From NCBI RefSeq assembly GCF_006345805.1, contig NC_043008.1, positions 682,001 through 746,000 on the forward strand: 64,000 nucleotides of DNA. Direction: 5' to 3'. Numbering within the stretch: position 1 is the first letter of the stretch; each line of letters begins with the position of its first letter. The notes beneath the pieces were generated by a model. It had not been told where the DNA came from. It saw only the letters and a program-made list of their open reading frames with translations, and searched no databases. This DNA comes from Octopus sinensis (taxonomy: Eukaryota). The translations under genes and the position numbers were made by a program. Positions 27,708 to 42,174 of the stretch are shown here, piece by piece.

Positions 27708-28261
27708 CTGGAATGGTTTAGCATTAGTACATCTGTATGTGAATTGCAGTGCATCTGTGACGTGTGGTGGTGGTTATGTTGTTGTTGTTGGTGGTGTGTG
27801 TGTTTGAATGACATTATTTTTTTCTCTGTATATATGTTAGTCGATGTCTAATCTCTAATAATTTGTTATGCTTGTTTTGAATAACGAAAGTAGTTTTCCA
27901 GAATCTAAGTTCAAGAGAGACAACAAATACGTCCGGACATTAAATCGTCCGACAGCATTGCTTTCGATGGTTCCTTCCGGTTATCAATTTCCGCTGCCAT
28001 CAGTTGTGACTTTCATTTTACCATGGCCATGAAATATAAGACTAACCGAAGCTGTTCAGTCTTCTACTGACGTCGATAAATTAATGTAGTCAAAGATAAT
28101 GAAATCTGCTCATCATTTCCGAGAGGCGAGCAGTGGCATCGCCGGGGGAATTGCCATTCTGGGGCATCGCTTCGGTACCGTCCTGTCCAGCGTTTTCGAA
28201 GAGATCGTAAAGAAAACGCTCGCTTGCATAGCAACATACATCTCGACTTGATTTTAGTGAA

Positions 28262-28553
28262 GGCGTTTGGATTAGTGGTTACGTTGTTCGGCTCACGGCG
28301 GCGCATTATGTCCTTGAGCACGGCATTCTATTTCACGTTGCTCCAATCCACTCAGCTGCCAAGAATGAGTTGTAATTGTATTTCAAAGAGCCAGCCCTGC
28401 CGCATTTTGTGTCACGCTGAATCTCGCCGAGAACTATGTTAAGGGTACGCATGTCTGTGGGGTACTCAGCGACTTGCAAATTAATTTCAAGAGCTGTTCC
28501 GTTGATTGGATCAACTGGAACCCATTTCGTCGCAACCGACGGAGTACCAGTTT
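28262..28553 (+). mobile_element. SINE family C
   Basis: Matches 44671-44942 reverse-complemented. Confidence 0.75.
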
Positions 28554-29039
28554 TTAGATATAGAAACAGATGAGATTGTCACTACTGGAACGCTTTCGGC
28601 CACAAGACTTCTCGATGACACCGACATCAACTTACGGGTCGAAACTAATGAGTGGGTCTTATATGGTCACTCGACCTGATTGAAGTAGCAGCCAGATATC
28701 CCTCACATCGCTTTGAAAGACATCATAAAATGCAAAAGACACGTTTCAAATATTGTCCGATATGATATCTAGAATGAAAGACGGAATGGCCATGACTGGA
28801 ATTATTTTGATCTCAGGCCTGTGCCGTCAAGGATGAAACCATTGAGGGAAAGGAAACAGGATAGAAACCAAGCTTTTCTTTAGCTTTAATCCAGTGTAAT
28901 ATCGATTTGGACTTCCATTTCAGCCGCAGGCTCGCAGTTATCCACCCGCGAGCCTGCAGTATACAAGTATACAAGCGCAGTATATAAACAGTATACAAAC
29001 ACATACGGTTTATCATTGTTGGTGTAAAAGCTATAGATT

Positions 29040-29640
29040 AATATCTTCGGTAGAGGGTCATTGAAAATGCGTTGTGGTAGTATTTGCACTGCCTTTTTAC
29101 GTTCTGAATTGAAAATCCTGTTGCAATCGACCTTCCTTTCCATCGATCTGAACTCAATGGAAAAAATACGTGTCAGGTATTTGGATCGAAGTACTCGCTT
29201 AACCTTTCCCCTCGCCCCAGAGTGTGTGACTTTGGGCCTATCGTAGAAATTATTATTGTTTTTGCATGGAAAGGCCATGAGCTGGTAGGAACGGTTAATA
29301 TGTTAAACAAAATGCTTAGCAATGTTTCTCTTGAGTCCTCGCGTTATGAGCTCAAATCCTATCGAGACCAACTTTCCCATACACCCTTTCGGAGGTGCGG
29401 GGATCGATAAACTAACATAATCAGTCAAATCTTGGGATCGATGAAATCGATTTATCCAATGACATAAAGTTACTGACTTTGTGACAAAATTAAAACGAAA
29501 GAACAGGTAGAATCGTTAACATGTCAGGCAAAATCTTTAGTGGAATTACTTCCGGAGTTTTAAGTTCTGATTTCAAATTGCACCGCAGTTTTCTCTACTT
29601 TTCATTCATTCAGGGTCGATGAAATAAGTTCCAATGTAAT
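29040..29640 (+). mobile_element. Three successive decayed SINE B copies (~29040-29170, 29320-29460, 29505-29640)
   Basis: Each retains gttctga..tcaaa and gtcgat..aa remnants. Confidence 0.55.
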
Positions 29641-30536
29641 CGACCATTTCTCTCTTCTGTGACGGGTGGCCTTATAGCAAAACATGAAATCGTTATTTTG
29701 TTTGGGTGTGGTTACTTTGCAGTTTTTGTGGGCGTATGTTTATCATTGTGTAAATTATATAATATTTATTTATTTTGCGTGTGTGAGAATGTGTGACTTT
29801 CTATACGTAATATTTGTATTTGTATGCGCGTTTCGAATAAACGAGTGTGTATTTTTTATGTATAAGGGGTGGGTGTTTTTGCAATGGTTTGTGTGAGGCT
29901 GGGTCCTTTTTGTTGATCTTTCTTCTTGTGCGTGTGTTTGCGAGTGCAGATATGTAAGTGCTATGCATTGTATATATTCGCTTTAGATTTTGCATTTGTT
30001 TTTGTTTCTTCTACTCATTCACATGACTCTTTTAACAGCTTAATTCATCTCAATCACATGCACACCTCTGCCAATATGTATATGTATATATGTATCTCAG
30101 TGTGCTTATATGAGTGACTTTATACGTCAGCATCTGTGTGTTTGAGTAGGCGGTAACTAGACACAAATGCTATTAGACACGGTTAATTCGTCTGAATGAG
30201 AGAAATATATTTAATGCCTGAAGCAAGTTAAAACGACCAAAAATGCGTGTAATATCCGTTTCATCACAATGCTCATGGAAGGTAGCTAAAAATGAATTAA
30301 CTATAAAAATCCTTAGTATGAGTACACGAGCGTCTTTCTCGACGTTATTCCTCATAACTTTCAGAAAAATTGATATTTTTATAGTGAAATTCTTTAGAAA
30401 TAACTTTGAGACGGCTTAGATTATGACTTTTATCGGAATTTGATGATTTAAGAAGAATGATGATTTAAGAAGATGGATGAGCACTCATATACGTGCTGAG
30501 AGACATCCTAAGTTAAAAAAAGAATACAAGTGTGTG

Positions 30537-30567
<31 letters not shown>

Positions 30568-31067
30568 CATATATATCACATGATTAAAGAAGAAGAATGG
30601 AGAGCTGATAAGGATATAAAATTAATTTCTTAACAAACTGCAAAAGAAAAAAAAAAAAGCCTACGTATGTTTCAATTCAGTCCAATATATAATTGCAAAT
30701 TGAAAAATTGGGATAAATCCAAAGATTAGAATAAAATTACATTTTGAATAATATTGGGTAGAATCTCATCTGGGCTAGAGTACAATGGAAATAGTTACAT
30801 GTTGATTAAGAAATATATATTTACTGTGTATATATATGTGTATGTTAAGAATTTTAAAACAATGATATTAGAAAATAAAAAATATAGTAATGGGGTAAAA
30901 AATAAAAATAAAAATAACATAATAATAAATATATAACTTAAAGTAAAATAAAAAATAATATCGCTATCGATGTAAATTTCTATTCGTTTACATAATCTAT
31001 GTATATTACTGCCAATGTATTTATTATCCTAAAATCTTAAAGAGTCAGATTGATTTGTTTATGGATT

Positions 31068-31220
31068 TCACTGGTACCTACTTTATCGACCACACAAAGA
31101 GGAAAAAGGTGAGCTAAATGCGCCAGCATATAAACTGAGAACGTAAAGAACCGGCAGAAATGACGCTCAGCAATCAAGTTGTCCGACGCGCCTATATTCT
31201 GCTGGCTCGCTGCCTGAATA
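31068..31220 (-). mobile_element. SINE family B, decayed
   Basis: ctggtacctactttatcgacc...ctggctcgc. Confidence 0.65.
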
Positions 31221-31223
31221 GTT

Positions 31224-31283
31224 AAATAATAATAATATAATAATAATACTATAATCATAATAATAATAATAATAATAATAATC

Positions 31284-31323
<40 letters not shown>

Positions 31324-31348
31324 TATAATAATAATAATAATGATAATA

Positions 31349-31385
<37 letters not shown>

Positions 31386-31421
31386 TAATGATAATATAAT
31401 AACAATAATAATAATATAATA

Positions 31422-31465
<44 letters not shown>

Positions 31466-31612
31466 TAATATAATATAATAATAATAATAAGAAGAATAAG
31501 AATAATAATAATAATAATAAGAATAATAAGAAGAAAAGAAGAAGAAGAGAAGAAGAGAAGAAGAGAAGAAGAAGAAGAAGAAGAAAGAAAAGAAGAAGAA
31601 AATCAACAACAA
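31224..31612. repeat. (TAA)n grading into (GAA)n
   Basis: Direct reading. Confidence 0.95.
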
Positions 31613-32266
31613 CACTAGCATAAACAATATCAAAAACAATAGGGAACTGAAGCTCGAATAATCGCTTATTATAGTTAAGTGAATTGGGATTATATATTAG
31701 CCCACTATTAACACACACATAGGCGCTCGCGCACGTGTATATGTGAATACATATACATACCCGTATATATATACATATGTGTTTGTATATATATACAAAC
31801 CACTTGTCCCTTCATCACTAATACTTCTTTGTGAGAAACATCGAACGACCCAAGTCTTCCCACCCAGCTACCTGAAAAAGCAGGTGTCACCCCCTGCCAC
31901 TCTATGCAATATGCAATTATTGTTGCTTTGGTGTATAGCTAGCAGGCAATGTCCTCTGTGAACTATTTGATTGTATATTATGTCTGGTGCATATAAATAT
32001 ATATTAATACAAATGTATATATATATTACATACATACGCGCAAATACAAACAAACACATATGTCAATGCGTGTACATAAACATATACACACATGTACATA
32101 CATACACACGTATATCCACACACGTATCTATATGGATGTATGTTTGTATATAAATGTATAAATGCACTCTTAGACCCAGTTAAAGGAAGTTTTGAACAGA
32201 CGCATTTCTCTTCCAGTAACAAGTACTCAACAACAGCTATAAGCGTTAGGTATCATACTCTTACAC

Positions 32267-32301
<35 letters not shown>

Positions 32302-32341
32302 CATCTGTAATTATAATATGTGGCAATCATTCGGTAGCCAT

Positions 32342-32402
32342 GACAAAACACCGAGTTTCGGATGTCGGAACGGAAACCCACGCCGGCATCTCTTCAGTTA
32401 TC
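32342..32402 (-). ncRNA. Hammerhead-like motif
   Basis: gataa-CTGAAGA-gatg...catc-c-GAAA-ctcggtg-TT-ttgtc; 5-bp stem I; stem II is off register by 1 nt. Confidence 0.4.
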
Positions 32403-33152
32403 GGGCCATCGAAAATAAAGCTATGAAAATGACCGTTAAAACAAAGGAAAATTACTGTGTGATTGACCGTTATTAAGACAAAAGAGCAATTAGAATGACC
32501 GCTAAGTAAGGGGAGGGAGTATAAATGTTCATAGTAATCGCGTAAGCGCGCATGTCCTTATTACTCCTTATTATATATATATAAATATAAAAATGGCGCA
32601 AAAGTATAAATATAAATATAAATGTAAAAATGGAGCAGAAGTCACGACCATTTCAGGCAGTTACACTTGAGATGGTTCGATCTGGTTGCCCCACAAAATG
32701 TCAAAGCTAAGAGCATTAGACCCCTTTTTAAGAAAGCTAGCGAATGTGTACGGCAACAAAGCCAATAAACAAATAAATGAATAAGCAAAAAAAGCGGGGA
32801 ACAGGGTACACAATTACGAATACAAACAGCAAGAAATAACAACAGGTGTCTTTCGACTGAGAACGAATCAAATTGAGCTGGTGTGTAGGAAGTAAAAACC
32901 TAAAGTCAGGAACATGGGAGATGGACATAAGAGGTGTTTACGGTCGGCAGTCATGCCAAAAAAGAGAGATCATGACTGGCCGGACAACGGTCACGTGGAA
33001 GGCGGAGAGATAGGTAGGGGACAGCGGGATTGAAGGATTAGAAAAAAATCCGAGACAAAGAGAAAGGTACAGGGGAGATAAACGAATGAGAAATAGTGGG
33101 AGCTAAAGAAAGAGAGGTCCAAGTATGTATGTATATATGCATGTGTGTGTGT

Positions 33153-33191
<39 letters not shown>

Positions 33192-33832
33192 TGTAAATAT
33201 ATAAGTATGAATGCTCCGGTATGGCCACAGTCCAATGACAGAAACTAGCAGACGGAGAAAAGGATATATATATACAGAGGGAAGGAGAGAGAGAGAGAGA
33301 GAGACCAATATACACACGCCCACAGCTATATACAAATATACGTAATCCATATAATGTGTGTGTGTATGTGTTTGCGTGCGTGTGTGCGTACGTGTAAATA
33401 CACAGAGGTGCATGTATCTGTAGGTGTTTGTGTGTGTGTCTTGTTTGAAAGCGCTTCCAGCCAGTCTGCCGTTTGTTTCTATTAATGTGGCAAACCTTAT
33501 CGGATGGCAGTCACTTGGAGCAGTTTAATGTAACAACAGGAACCATGTGTTCGTTCAGAGATAAGCAGATTTGCTGCCAGCAACAAAGTACAAATGATTC
33601 CCAGTGAAGAGGCTGAAAGACAGAGAGAGAGAGAGGGGATGATTGACGGAGAAGGAAAAGGATACGGAAAAGTAGAAAGGGAGAGTTATAAAGAGGGTGA
33701 GAGTAAATGGGATGGACGGAGAGGGAGAAGGGCAGAAAATGAGGGAAATGTGGACAGACGTTGAAAATAGAGGTGAGGTCTACGATGCATGCAATAATGT
33801 ATCTATACGTACAAATCACTAACCCAGTGCAT

Positions 33833-33864
<32 letters not shown>

Positions 33865-33893
33865 TACATAGATATAATATAGATATATATAAT

Positions 33894-33920
<27 letters not shown>

Positions 33921-33924
<4 letters not shown>

Positions 33925-34091
33925 CGACGGGCTTCTTTCAGTTTCCGTCTACCAAATCCACTCACAAGGTTTTGGTTGGTGGCCCGAGGCTAGAGTAGAA
34001 GACACTTGCCCAAGGTGCCACGCAGTGGGACTGAACCTGGAACCATATAACTGGGAAGCAAGCTTCTTACGACACAGCCACTCCTGTGCCT
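33921..34091 (-). mobile_element. SINE family A, 5' half
   Basis: Well-preserved head and core. Confidence 0.8.
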
Positions 34092-34094
34092 ATA

Positions 34095-34173
<79 letters not shown>

Positions 34174-34223
34174 ATATATATATATATATGTATTATTTTA
34201 AGCAGCAGAAAATTCAACAAAAT

Positions 34224-34261
34224 CTGTTACTCTGAGTTTCTCGTTGCCGTTCATCAGACAG
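34224..34261 (-). ncRNA. Hammerhead motif (repeat family E)
   Basis: ctgt-CTGATGA-acg-gcaa-cga-GAAA-ctc-a-gag-TA-acag; only the base pair of stem II is broken. Confidence 0.6.
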
Positions 34262-34535
34262 TTTTTTGTTAGAATGGAACCGATATATCAATTCAATCTG
34301 TATATATGTATATATGTATATATATAATAATAGTTATCGCCATACTAATATGGCATTCTTATAAAAATAAGAAAAAAACTGTCCGCTTATTAGCTCCATG
34401 AGGCCATCGCCTTAAGTTAGCTATTTGATACACAAACTGTATCCATATAACCTTCGAACAAGGAACGCTGTTCTCTTTTAGAGAGACTTAGTTATTTTAT
34501 ATTTCTATTATTGTAGTATATATATATATTATATG

Positions 34536-34575
<40 letters not shown>

Positions 34576-34598
34576 ATATATATATATACATAATATAT

Positions 34599-34630
<32 letters not shown>

Positions 34631-35059
34631 ATATATTATATATAGCATATAAGCAGCTAAACATTATTTGAAGAATCGCTCATTAATTTTAGTAGTGAAA
34701 TACCACACACAACACACCACACACACAACACACACACACACACACACACACCCACACACACACAGGAGGTATATGTTTATTTATTTATAGGATATAAATA
34801 TAATTACTTGTACACCAAGAACATGTATGAATTGTATTTTGATTGTTTATTTTAGTTGGTCTCGAAAGAATGGAATAGCAACAAGAGTGAGACCAATGGG
34901 ACTCGATATTAAGCCGTAAAGGGACGTAACTTAATATCTAAGCGCATGGCAATTTGGCAACTCTTCCAGCTTACTGACATCTGCTGACATTGATATATTG
35001 ATATATATATGTCCACAGCCTAATGATTGAAACAAGAGAATAAGAGAATATATATTCAA

Positions 35060-35170
35060 GAGTGGTTGTGTGGTAAGAAGCTTGCTTCCCAACCACGTGG
35101 TTCGGAATTTAGTCCCACGACGTGGCGCTTTTAGCAAGTGCCTTTTACTATAGTGTTGGGCTGACTAGAG
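35060..35170 (+). mobile_element. SINE family A, head and core
   Basis: ggttgtgtggtaagaagcttgcttcccaacc. Confidence 0.75.
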
Positions 35171-35585
35171 CATGTACCAACAGCAATAAAAGCGTTCGAA
35201 CAAAGACATCTTCGAAATAGCATGAAAATTCTTGTTAACAAAGATTCGAAAAGAAAAAAATGGACATTGGGTAAATTTAACTTAACCTAACAATATTCAA
35301 GTTATTTAGCAAGAATATTGGAGCTTAGGATATCCTGTTGATTTTCTGGTTGATAAAAACAATATTCTCCATCATGATGCCAAAGAAATGGATGAGGCTT
35401 TATGAAAGCAAAGTTACTTCATCTTCAGTGAGGCTGACAGATAACATGATTGAAGATAATCTTTATGTCACCGGTGATTCATCTATAAGTTTCATTTATT
35501 ACTGTCATAATGTCTAGTAGCCAGATGCCTTTGCGAAAATAAATGCCTACAACCTACCAACCGACTACCTATACATTTATGCATG

Positions 35586-36210
35586 TACAAGGTGAGTCAG
35601 TACTTTTGGAGACACACACCTCTTTTAACCTCTTTTAAGAACTCTAACGTTCTTCAAACTTTTGCTTGACCTTACTTCTAAGATAATGTCAGATATCAGG
35701 TAGACTCTGTAAACTGAAAAGCATGCTGTTATCGTTGACTTAAGAGCGCTGTATCACGATAAATAGACAGCTTGCTTCTGAAAGTTGGCCGATCCTTCGT
35801 TGTCAAAGTTCGAAAGTAGTTGGAAGCTGCTGACGGGGAGCCGGCAACTGTATCTGAACGCAAAACGCATGCACAGGTTTCTAATACCAACAGAATACAT
35901 AGCTTTTTACAAATTGCCCAAGAAATAATCGATAAAATATCTGTGGATGTCAATCAGAGGCGTTGCAAAGGACCCCAGCGTTTCACAATGCACCATCAAA
36001 AAAGAGTTGTGCATGAGGGAGGATATCCGGTACAAGTCGTCTAGGGTGCAGAGGGGTTAGTGTATGTCAGATGTGACAAAAGAGAATTGTTTGATCCGTG
36101 GAAAACAATAAGAAGAGTTGAAATGAATGCCTGCAGGATTTCATAGCTCCAACATCTCTCCTTCATAGTCGGCCCAAATTCGCTCTTTGACCTTGAGCTG
36201 TAACACCTGT
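35586..36210 (+). mobile_element. Decayed maT/DD37D-like Tc1/mariner element, mostly 5' half
   Basis: TA-caaggtgagtca TIR-like start; HAVIVDLRA, LKVGRSFVVKVRK*LEAADG, SIRGVAKD..VSQCTI, EDIRYKS, TKENCLIRGK. Confidence 0.75.
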
Positions 36211-37593
36211 AAAGGTCCTAGCAAGGGTTTAACTAGCATGTGAACTAGTTGGAATAAAGGACCTCTAGTTCTCGTTACGACTTTCTTCATGGTGAAGGAA
36301 AACTCGCATAAAATATCTGAAGTGAAGATGAGTTTAGGTAGTCTACCTGTCGTGTGCCACCAGCGTTATTGGCGATTGCGTTGGAAAGTGGGTTCAGTAG
36401 AGTGGAACACTTTATCCACTCGAAACAAATTCACGTACAAAACCTTCTTCGACTCACGGAACATTTTCAAAATAGTTCCGCTTCCAGTTTACACACTTCT
36501 GAGTTTGGGAAGATATCTTACTCGGTCACGATTTAACTTCCACTATGAACGTAATTCTGTGAATGTGTGTGTGCGTATACATGTAAACATATATATATAC
36601 ACGAAAATATATGCTTGTGTGTTCGTGCATCAATACGTGCGTTCAAATGTATTTATTTAGTGTCATGTAACCAAGAACAACAACTTTAGCAATATTACAG
36701 CCAGATGTAGGATTTGTTCTACTTTGATAAGAAAACCAACTGTTGGTCCCTACATACAATGGAACTAAGGGACACAAATAGGGATGGGTTTAAATTTAGA
36801 GGTATTTCTTCCCGTTGTTGGTTAAATTTATACAGGATTTGTTTACCAATAAGAAACACGATGACTAAAGAACATGGAAAGACTGGGGACCAGATGTTAC
36901 AGATCGAGTGGTGAGTCTTATGAAACGGTTTTCCAGCGGGGATTAAGATGGATTCCCACGATACTTTAAACTACAGATTTTTAATCTCTCTTTCACTCAC
37001 TCACTCACTCACTCACTCACTCACTCACTCGCTCTCTCTCTCTCTCTCAACACATACGCATACACACGCTCACACAATGCACAATAGCATGTGTGTGTGT
37101 GTGTGTATGTGTGTTTGTGTGTGTGTGTAAACTGCCAGTAACATGACATCAACCGACTACTAGACTTGTAAACGCACACACACACACACACACACAAACA
37201 CATACACACAACACACACACCACACACACACACACACACACCACATTGTATTGGTTTATGTTCAAACTTCTAAAAGTAGTTTTAAACTGTGTTATCTGCA
37301 ATATATAATTGCTGATACAGCAGAAAATATATTTACTAAGTCTCATATTGACAATCTCTTTGATTATTTGCTAATGAGAACCATTTTCTTTGATTTTCGT
37401 CTTTAATTGGCCCTGGATAATGACTAAAGACAAGAAAACTGCATTCATTTATTTCTCATTAGTCGCTATCTCTTGAATCTGTGGGTTGCCCCATCAGGGC
37501 GTGTTTCGATGGATCTTTCTCCGATGCACAATCTGTCCTAGTCCAAGATTCGGATTCATCTCCCACAAAACCTCCTTCTATACTGCAACGATC

Positions 37594-37790
37594 TACGAGT
37601 GGCTGCTGAAAAGTTCCTGGCTTTGAAGGTTTCGCGAAAGGCCTGACTTTCCGAGTTCTTTTCCAGGGCTTAGAAAAACTTAAGGGCTACTGCAATGAGT
37701 GTGTGTATCTGAGAGGGGAATATATTGAATAAAATCCTCCTGTATTTCCTTTTACAAGAAACCAGGAACTTTTGAGCAACTCCTCGTGTA
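37594..37790 (+). mobile_element. Mariner-derived MITE
   Basis: TIRs tacgagtggctgctgaaaagttcctgg and ccaggaacttttgagcaactcctcgtgta; internal transposase C-terminus QGLEKLKGYCNECVYLRGEYIE*. Confidence 0.75.
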
Positions 37791-37792
37791 TA

Positions 37793-37958
37793 TACGACGA
37801 GTTTCTTTCTGTTTTCGTCTAGCAAATCGACCCACAAGGCTTTGACCGACCCGAGGCTATGGTAGAAGATATCTGTCCAAAGTGTCGTGCAGTGGGACTG
37901 AATCTGAAACCTTGTGGTTGGGAAGCAAATTTTATACCACACAGCCACGCCTGTGCCT
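37793..37958 (-). mobile_element. SINE family A, 5' half
   Basis: Matches 58024-58190. Confidence 0.75.
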
Positions 37959-37996
37959 ATATTTAATATTTTGATGACTTGTAGGCACACCATATT

Positions 37997-38252
37997 TTGT
38001 AGTAAAGGTTTAGGACTAATGTTGCTGTGCAATTATTTTGTGCTGATGAAGAGAAATGACCCAGAAATTACGATACACAGATATTGTTTTGAGCTGGGTG
38101 GGGGTGCTAGATTCCCTTGTTCGAAAATATAAGGATACAGGTCGTGTCGTATAGCCAGCTGGAAACGATGTCTCCTGGGGCTAAATTACAGCAACATTAG
38201 TCCTAAACCAGGACTGCCATGTTATGTTGGCAAACAATCTTTACTACAAAGT
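37997..38252 (+). mobile_element. Family H copy with partial inverted 5' arm and weak HHR (38039-38080)
   Basis: Body matches 1085-1220 reverse-complemented; arm tttgtagtaaag|gtttaggactaatgttgctgt; tgtg-CTGATGA...GAAA-ttacga-TA-caca. Confidence 0.55.
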
Positions 38253-40342
38253 ACTGTTGCTGAACATCTCACGTTGTGAGATTTAAAAATAGCAATTTTC
38301 ACACGGTATTTCGTTATAAGTCAACACCATGTTAACAGTGCATTTAAATCACGTGATAAAGTCGTCTCTGCAGATTGTTTATAGAAATTATAGCCAGCAC
38401 TCACCTTGTTACGACGTTTCTTATAATAAACAATGAGATGAGAAACGGGTGATGAGCGTATATGCTATGTTTCGAGAGTTTTTGGCTCTTTATCAGCACC
38501 CATCTAACTAACCCATTAATCACCCGCGAACTCATTGCTTGAATAGCCACTACCTATAGCAGTGTAACGTTAGGACATTATATGCCGCCAGGGAAATATA
38601 ATATTCGGACTTCTTCATTGGTGACGTACTCATCAAGGTAACTTGCTGTCAAATCACCAAATCATTACATAATGAAAAAAAAAATCATCAGAGGGGAGAT
38701 GCCTACCCTATGCGCAGGTAAATTTTTTCGCAAATTATAGTGTGGCTCACAATGTGTTTTTAATTGAACTGGATAGTTTTTTAAAAATTATTACCACTAT
38801 AGGTATTAAGAAATCAAGTAGTAAGTAAACGTATCTCACGAATCCATCACTGTACACACGCATACACACACACACGCACATATACATACACACTGTCGCA
38901 TATCTGCCTATGTATGTACGTATGTACGCACACGTGTCTACGCGCATAGGTACACCATGATCTATACACGCGCAGACGAGGGCAGATCCATATGAAAAAG
39001 AAAGTGAACAAAATAATATCGGGAAATTTGTAACTTCGATTTTTAAAAAAAAGGTTTTTATTTTTCTTCTATAGGTAATCAAACCAAATGTTTATCATTT
39101 CGAGCCACTCACCCAATGAGTATCTCCGTCAAATGTGGTGAAAATTTGTTCAGCCGTTTTCCAGTAATTTTGCAAACACACAGACAAACAGACAAAGACG
39201 AGTGATTTTAATACCCTGCTTTCGCTTACGCACGCACGGTAATGAAGCGCCATGTAAGTATTCATTTTGCAATGTTTATCTATTGGCAAACATGAAGAAA
39301 ATTGTTTGAAAATTAAAGCAATTCTTTGACACCATTTGCGTGATAAACATGTATTAAATTGCTGGATATGTTGAAAGACAGGAATCATTAATTCTCTGCA
39401 GACGTTTATATCCCAATCAACACGTATTTCAACTAAGAATTCGTTGCTGATCTGCTACATTTTGGACGTAATGGAGTCGACTTTTCACGAAAGATTGGAA
39501 ACGTACGAAGGAAATAAATACATAAAAGAATGAAAAAAAAAAGAAAGAAAAAGGAAAATAAATTCATGTGATGAAGTAAAAGTGCACCAACATATTCTGA
39601 GAATGTTTATTTTTCCATCTCAATTCACCAAACTTGCTGACATCGCTAGAATTAGGTAAAATGAGTTGTTACGTTTCACCACTACTTTTCCCGGCACACT
39701 CGTAGAAATAATTGGTCATTGCCGAAACAGAAATAACAGATTTCTTTTCTTATTCTCCGTCATTTTTTGGTTTTATTATCGTAATTCTATATCATGGTAT
39801 AGTTAATTTTTTTCCTGCTGTTTGAAAATGATTGGAACGTATTATTTCGCACTACGGCACTAGAGATAATTTCTTAATATATATTTATTTTTGACGCTAA
39901 AAAGACGCACATGTATAATAGTCATGAGTCGACTCTTCCCACATTTCATTTTGAAGTTTTGAACATTTGAAACTTGTTGGTAATCACTTAAACACTGTGC
40001 TGAATGAAGCTCTATTCCCATTGAATGCCGTGAGCCAAATAATTGATTACGTTGCAGATTAAAGATGTACATCTGCTAAAGTGTAAGGGAGATTTCCCAA
40101 TTCAGACCTATGGTCAGCAAGAATAAAATACTTGGTGATACACGGTCCCTCTATTGGTTAAAGATTTGAGTCAATCGAATAATGCCTTCGAACACCTAGA
40201 AGCTACACAGAAACAGACACTTCTCCCCACAGTAACTAGATGATACCTTTGATTTCCGTTTATGGTATATTGAAAAGTCAGAGTTACTTCCTAACTGTCA
40301 ACATCGGAAGAGTTTCATTCAGAGGTGTCTGCGTGCTAGTAC

Positions 40343-40425
40343 CTGAGAATCCAAAGCCTGTTTATTCACATCAAGAGCCATCAGATCGAATGACTTATGT
40401 GTATCAGTTGCCTGTGCTTCACGAT
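40343..40425 (-). CDS. Candidate 83-nt internal exon ((D)REAQATDTHKSFDLMALDVNKQALDSQ)
   Basis: Acceptor ataattgcag|AT, weak donor CAG|gtacta; phase 1 in, phase 0 out; open frame. Confidence 0.25.
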
Positions 40426-40669
40426 CTGCAATTATCGACCAATGAGAATCGGTCTACGTAGTTAGTTGCTGACATATGTTTCTTCACCGGATACTGCTCG
40501 ACAGATCAAGCATTTTCTTAACGTGCGTTAAACTGAGAGTAACGATAGAGCTTAATCCCGAAATGATTCGCATATATGAAATGGTGTTTCTTTCGGAGGT
40601 AAAAAAAACTAAGCGTTACATACACGCGATCGCAAATGCTCTCTCTCTTTCTATCTGTCTGTCTGTCTG

Positions 40670-40716
<47 letters not shown>

Positions 40717-42174
40717 ACTATTTTTTTACCAAGTCACCCCTTCTGACCATCTTTCCCTCCCTCAATTCAGCCAGGAATCTCTCTCTAAGTACTTCTTCAC
40801 CTTTCTCTCTGCCTCTCTCTCTGTGTTTCACCGTCTGTGTGTGTGTGTGTGTGCGCGTTTGTCTGTGTCTGTGTGTGTATCTAACCTAAAGTTCGCTTAT
40901 GACGAAACATTGCTTGGCGCTGGTACTATTGAATATAACTATATACATATATGCATACAAACACACATACTTACTCTCATACACACAAATATATAACTCG
41001 ATTCATGAATATGTGTTTATTTAGTATCTTCTAACCACACACATGTCAAACGACATCTATGCCAGATGTAAGAAGACTTGATATTCTACATTTTAAGCAC
41101 CAAGATAGATAAGAGAAACACTACCCACAGATGTGTTGGTGCTTAGATTCTCTAATATCGTTTTACATTTTAATCTTAACACTTGATTCTTCATTTGTGA
41201 AAAGTTGTTTTACTTTCATCCTCTGTGCGAACTGAGTGATACAATAAGAACGGAATTAAGTTTAAATGTCGTAGCAAGTTGTTGATTAAATAACTTAAAC
41301 AGTTACATAATCAGTAGGACAAACGGTAACCCGATCGAGCAAATGAAGGAGTGTCAATGTGGTCATTCATCTATTACGAAATAGCAGCTAAATATTTCTC
41401 AAATCACATTCTGCCTTTTTAAAAAGCAGGTATTCGTTGAATAATTAGTTCTGGGTTTGTGGGCAAAGGAAAAAGACGGGGTAGTTATGAATAGAATAAT
41501 ATGAATATAATATAAGACTTTACAGTAAGGGGTTGATCTAGGAATAAACAATATGAAGAACAATAACAAAACAACAACAACGGCAACAATAAAAGTCATA
41601 ACAACAGCAATGGTGACTGAATGAGCGAATGAGGGAACTTCTATCGGGTCTTTTAACCTGTCAGAAACAAATGGTAAATCGTCCTCAAATCCCACGCCGC
41701 GTACTTAAATAAGGAAAAACAACATTAACGTAGAGGGCGAAAAGATGGACAGTGATGGCTAGGATGCTAGATGCGCACTTGGAGCTCAACAACAAAATAA
41801 AGAATAATTGCGCCAAATGTAAAGTCTCTTCCAGGTTACTTCATCTACAAGAAGTGGTAACCAAATTTCAACTTAATTTACAAACTACCCGTTTTGAATC
41901 GAGGTAGACGCATCGATGTTTGGGGTTCTTGATAATGCACAATGCCCCTAAGACAGGATGATATGGTTATGGTTGTATCGTTCTGAGCGCAGTTAAGCTT
42001 GAGTTGTCCAGTTAAGGCTGACCCGGAACAATTCAACAATGAAGGCCCACTTAACCATTGTTCTACTATTTTAAACTAAGAGGTTTCTTTTCTTTTGGAA
42101 TATTTTTCCGGTTGGTCCTCCAGCATCCCTTTCACAGCTTCATCATAAAGATCGTAAGCGATGTTTGCTCCACC

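Noticed and set aside
28095-28260. GC-rich exon-like stretch (RDVCCYASERFLYDLFENAG...)
   Set aside because: Poor acceptor, no homology recognised, and it abuts a SINE head; unsupported.
28886-29278. 130-aa minus-strand ORF
   Set aside because: Its central part is the antisense of a decayed SINE B copy.
32330-32420. Exon-like frame FIFDGPITEEMPAW... on the minus strand
   Set aside because: The GC content is better explained by the hammerhead-like hairpin.
38447-38501. Further hammerhead-like motif (CTGATAA...GAAA)
   Set aside because: Core is mutated and stems I and III are ambiguous; not counted.
39100-39230. Possible Helitron-like non-autonomous end
   Set aside because: Only a vague resemblance; no diagnostic terminal hairpin/CTRR confirmed.
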